This document shows, in pieces, positions 59,004 to 64,000 of a stretch of 64,000 bases of DNA. Position numbers and translations under genes: made by a program. The stretch's first letter is position 1. Each line of letters opens with the position of its first letter. The stretch covers positions 3,227 to 67,226 of the forward strand of contig JAPORT010000050.1 in the NCBI GenBank assembly GCA_026710085.1, read 5' to 3'. This DNA comes from Flavobacteriaceae bacterium. Lineage in GTDB: Bacteria; Bacteroidota; Bacteroidia; Flavobacteriales; Flavobacteriaceae. A model generated the notes under the pieces. The model had not been told where the DNA came from. It made no database searches and was given only the letters and a program-made list of their open reading frames with translations.

Positions 59004-59861
59004 TTATTCTAATAAACATAATTTGTGATACTCAACCAATCTGTCGATTGGTCTTTTGACAATTCGTCCCAAGGTCAACCCGTACGAATCTAGTGCCTTT
59101 TCGACTTCTTTTTTTAAGTAAAAGGCAACCGAACCAATAAAATGAATTGGAACTTCTTTACAATTTTCAAATTGGAATATTTGATGTTCAATGAACCGAT
59201 GAAGTCCTTCAAAAATTATTTTTTGAAAAAGTGGTTCTTCTTTATTCTCAATAACAAACTTTCCAACTTTAGCTAGATAGGTATTGGGCTTTTCATTTTC
59301 GTATAAATTTTTATTGATCACCTCATTTCTCATGTCATACTGGCTTTCAAACTTAACTTTCATTCCTTTAGAAAGTTCATTGAAATAATAACTTCTGATG
59401 AGTTGTTTTCCATAAAAATTTCCGCTGGCTTCATCCATGATGATATATCCTAACGATCGGACTCTTTGTTCTACATTTTTTCCATCATAATAGGAACAGT
59501 TGGATCCTGTTCCTAAAATACATACAATGGCAGGTTGGGATGGGGTTATCGTGGCATAGACCGCCGCATAAGTATCTTCCCGTATCAAAAAAGAACTATT
59601 GATAAATATCTCGCTTAAAACTTTCTCCATGCTTTGAGCGGCTGTTTTGACACCCAGACCAGCACCATAGAAGTAAATTTTTTTTACTTGGCTTTGATGT
59701 TGGATGAGTTGTGGGTTCTGTTTTATTCTCTGATCGAGAGTTTCTTCCTCTAAAATGGATGCATTGAGACCATGCGTCTGGGTGGTCCATAATACATCCC
59801 CCATACTGTCTATAGCAATCCAATCTGTTTTAGTGGAACCACTATCTGCAATAAAAAACAT
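59004..59861 (-). CDS. BadF/BadG/BcrA/BcrD-type ATPase, N-acetylglucosamine kinase-like
   Basis: MFFIADSGSTKTDW and ILGTGSN motifs of the ASKHA fold. Confidence 0.7.
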   Translation of the reverse strand: MFFIADSGSTKTDWIAIDSMGDVLWTTQTHGLNASILEEETLDQRIKQNPQLIQHQSQVKKIYFYGAGLGVKTAAQSMEKVLSEIFINSSFLIREDTYAAVYATITPSQPAIVCILGTGSNCSYYDGKNVEQRVRSLGYIIMDEASGNFYGKQLIRSYYFNELSKGMKVKFESQYDMRNEVINKNLYENEKPNTYLAKVGKFVIENKEEPLFQKIIFEGLHRFIEHQIFQFENCKEVPIHFIGSVAFYLKKEVEKALDSYGLTLGRIVKRPIDRLVEYHKLCLLE

Positions 59862-59870
59862 GTTTATAAT

Positions 59871-61870
<2,000 letters not shown>

Positions 61871-62719
61871 TGGATGCCCTTCGTAAAGTGCGTCAAATTT
61901 ATGTTTTTCTATCTAAACTTTGGTTTCAATACGATGAATTTATAGTAACATCAAATAACACGAAAGTAGATAAAAGAATCTCGAGATTTATCAAAGTTTA
62001 CCATTCGGCTGTAGTGTGACTTTTTGAATTTTTCTATTGACTTATTCAGGATCATTTAGCATTGAAGTGTTCATCAATAAGGTCGTTTCATACGTCCCCA
62101 AAATGTCTTTAGTCATCGATGTTCGTCAAATTATTTCTTCAGCACTTAATTCCATTATACTTTGAAACTAAAGTTTAAAAGGGGACCCATATACTTTTCT
62201 ATGTAGAATTACTAATTCATTCGACTTTTAGCAAAAAATTTTATCAAACGCTAACCATTAAAAAATTGATTGTCTTTCGTTGTCAAAAATTGATTCCAAA
62301 AAAAAGAGGAAAACAGCAAAGGGCTTTTCATGATTCAATGAAAGACCTGGTCTTTTTACCAATAGAATATCAGAGGGACTAACGATTAATTTAGTATAGT
62401 AGTTGCTAATTCTAGGTCACTTGATAACACCAACAATAAAAATCTGCCACATGAACTCTTACCAAAAACGATATTCGAGTACACATGCATTTAATGGCTA
62501 CTGCAATGATTCGATTTGGAACCAAAACATCAAAAAAAATGGTTAATAGAAAAACTTTTTGAAATAACGTGTGAGGTTCAATAGTTCCTGTTAATCAATC
62601 GAATGTACTCCATCATTTTCATCAGAAATATCTCATGTTTGAAGTGATGTCATTGACCAAGTCCAAGTATTTTCAGAAGATTTGTTTCTCTGAGTGTTTT
62701 GATTTGATTCACTTTTTTT

Positions 62720-62998
62720 TCAAAAAAAATGATGGGCTCCCCTATTCTGAATCAAATGAAGTTCTTTTTCAAAAAAAAGAATCGCTTCTTGAAACATAAA
62801 TTCATAGAACCAATCGTAACCATTCGTTTTTCTTACTTCCTCTAATGCTTGAAAATAATCGTGTTTATGATCTGTATGAACAATAGACATCGGTAAATCA
62901 TGACATCTTTGAACATAGTTCATGATTAATCAACTCAATCGACCATTACCATCTCTAAATGAATGGATGTTGACTAAAAGAAAGTGTGAACGAAACGA
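62720..62998 (-). pseudogene. second Fic-domain relic (C-terminal part only, with an in-frame TGA)
   Basis: Own translation: FRSHFLLVNIHSFRDGNGRLS*LIMNYVQRCHDLPMSIV... The Fic motif is degraded (HSF for HPF). TGA lies at 62930-62932 just upstream of track ORF 62720-62923. Confidence 0.5.
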
Positions 62999-63265
62999 AA
63001 ACTTATAAATATCCGTAATGGTTTTTTGTTTCAGAAAGCCCAAACCAACACCAAACGATATTCCCAAAGAAATTCATTTGGGAGCAGAACGATTAGCCAG
63101 GGCTTTAAAAATTCCCAACTTTGCTGAAAAGGAGCAAAAGCGAATCAATGAAGAAAAACAACGATCCATTTTTTAATCAGATTTCGTTGTGTTTACTTTG
63201 AAAAATAAGCCTTGTGTAATAGAGTATATAGTTCCCTTTTTAAAAAGGATTACTATTTAAAGATT

Positions 63266-64000
63266 TTAGTTCAACACCTTTGAAATAGTCTTGGATTTTT
63301 GCAATATTTCTTCCCACTCACTTTCGGGGTCACTATCTAAAGTAATTCCAGCTCCAACATACAATCGCACAACATCACTCAATATTTGAGCGCATCTAAT
63401 ATTCACAAAAAGTGAAAAGTCATTAATATCCGTTGGTCCTAAAAATCCGGAATAAAACGATCTGCAGTATCCTTCGTTTTGTTTTAAAAATACCAAAGCG
63501 TTTTTTTTAGGATGTCCCGCAATGGCAGAAGACGGATGTAATAACTTGAGAATTTTTGTAGGATGACAATCGGTTTGGAATTGAAATTCGGTGAATAGAT
63601 GAAATAGGTGACCCGTATTCAAATCTGAGGTCTGGCTAATATCAATTTTATACTTACCACATATCGATTTTAAATCATTATGGATTTGATTTTGGACTAT
63701 TTTTTGTTCATGCTTTTCTTTCTCAGTCCAAGGTCTAGACTCATGAGGGTTAGATGGTTTCGTTCCAGCTAATGCCACTGTTTTGTAATGAACACCTTTT
63801 TTTTGAAGTAACAATTCGGGAGTAGCAGAAAGCCATGTGGCGATTTTAGGATGGTGAAAAAAAGAAACAAATGCACTTTGATATTCCGACAGAGTATCAC
63901 AAAATAAACGGGAAAACTTGCTGCTAGTCTTTATTTCTCCACAAGCAGATACGACAACTTTGGTTGCCTTTTTTTCTAGAATATATTTTTTGGCATTTAT
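63266..64000 (-). CDS. menF: isochorismate synthase (menaquinone-type), 5' end beyond the window
   Basis: The frame is open from the right edge: ...INAKKYILEKKATKVVVSACGE...WLSATPELLLQKKGVHYKTVALAGTK...GGYCRSFYSGFLGP...YVGAGITLDSDPESEWEE. This is the chorismate-binding family. Confidence 0.8.
   Translation of the reverse strand: MNAKKYILEKKATKVVVSACGEIKTSSKFSRLFCDTLSEYQSAFVSFFHHPKIATWLSATPELLLQKKGVHYKTVALAGTKPSNPHESRPWTEKEKHEQKIVQNQIHNDLKSICGKYKIDISQTSDLNTGHLFHLFTEFQFQTDCHPTKILKLLHPSSAIAGHPKKNALVFLKQNEGYCRSFYSGFLGPTDINDFSLFVNIRCAQILSDVVRLYVGAGITLDSDPESEWEEILQKSKTISKVLN

Overview
AT-rich bacterial chromosome segment starting next to dnaA. Gene content (fused SecDF, BshA, a CarboxypepD_reg-type TonB receptor, a large LptD-like protein, GH20/GH3 enzymes, a TAnnTTTG -7 box upstream of rplS) suggests a Bacteroidota/Flavobacteriia-like organism; that is inference. 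About 45 housekeeping genes are intact, including dnaA, trmD, dapF, mltG, rplS, icd, murQ, thrS-infC-rpmI-rplT, fumC, secDF, mdh, gap, pfkA, menF and a cell-wall/amino-sugar block. I found no rRNA, tRNA or CRISPR array. There are four accessory insertions. (1) 2.25-3.62 kb: a visibly GC-richer, multiply frameshifted ISL3-family IS with recognisable terminal inverted repeats. (2) 21.6-25.6 kb: a PHP + SMC-like ATPase gene (Ppl/TrlF-like architecture) plus an AlbA_2-type partner; the first gene carries a nonsense codon and a poly-A frameshift. (3) 29.7-42.5 kb: a defence-type island with no integrase or tRNA. It holds an MmeI-like Type IIG R-M gene split exactly at a G9 tract, a Fic gene with one in-frame stop, a tnpB-only element with 23-bp TIRs and an 8-bp target duplication, and a possible MNT/HepT relic. 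It also holds a Dam-like methylase (frame broken at a C9 tract) coupled to a small PD-(D/E)xK nuclease. This operon is bracketed by two paralogous P-loop ATPases and by an imperfect ~31-33 bp inverted repeat pair. (4) 46.5-48.2 kb: a NERD + SF1 helicase gene. The most interesting signals are the two homopolymer-interrupted methylase genes (candidate phase-variable R-M), the ATPase/M-R/ATPase module, and the atypical TIR+TSD boundaries of the TnpB element. All calls come from reading and translating the sequence by eye; no database search was possible.
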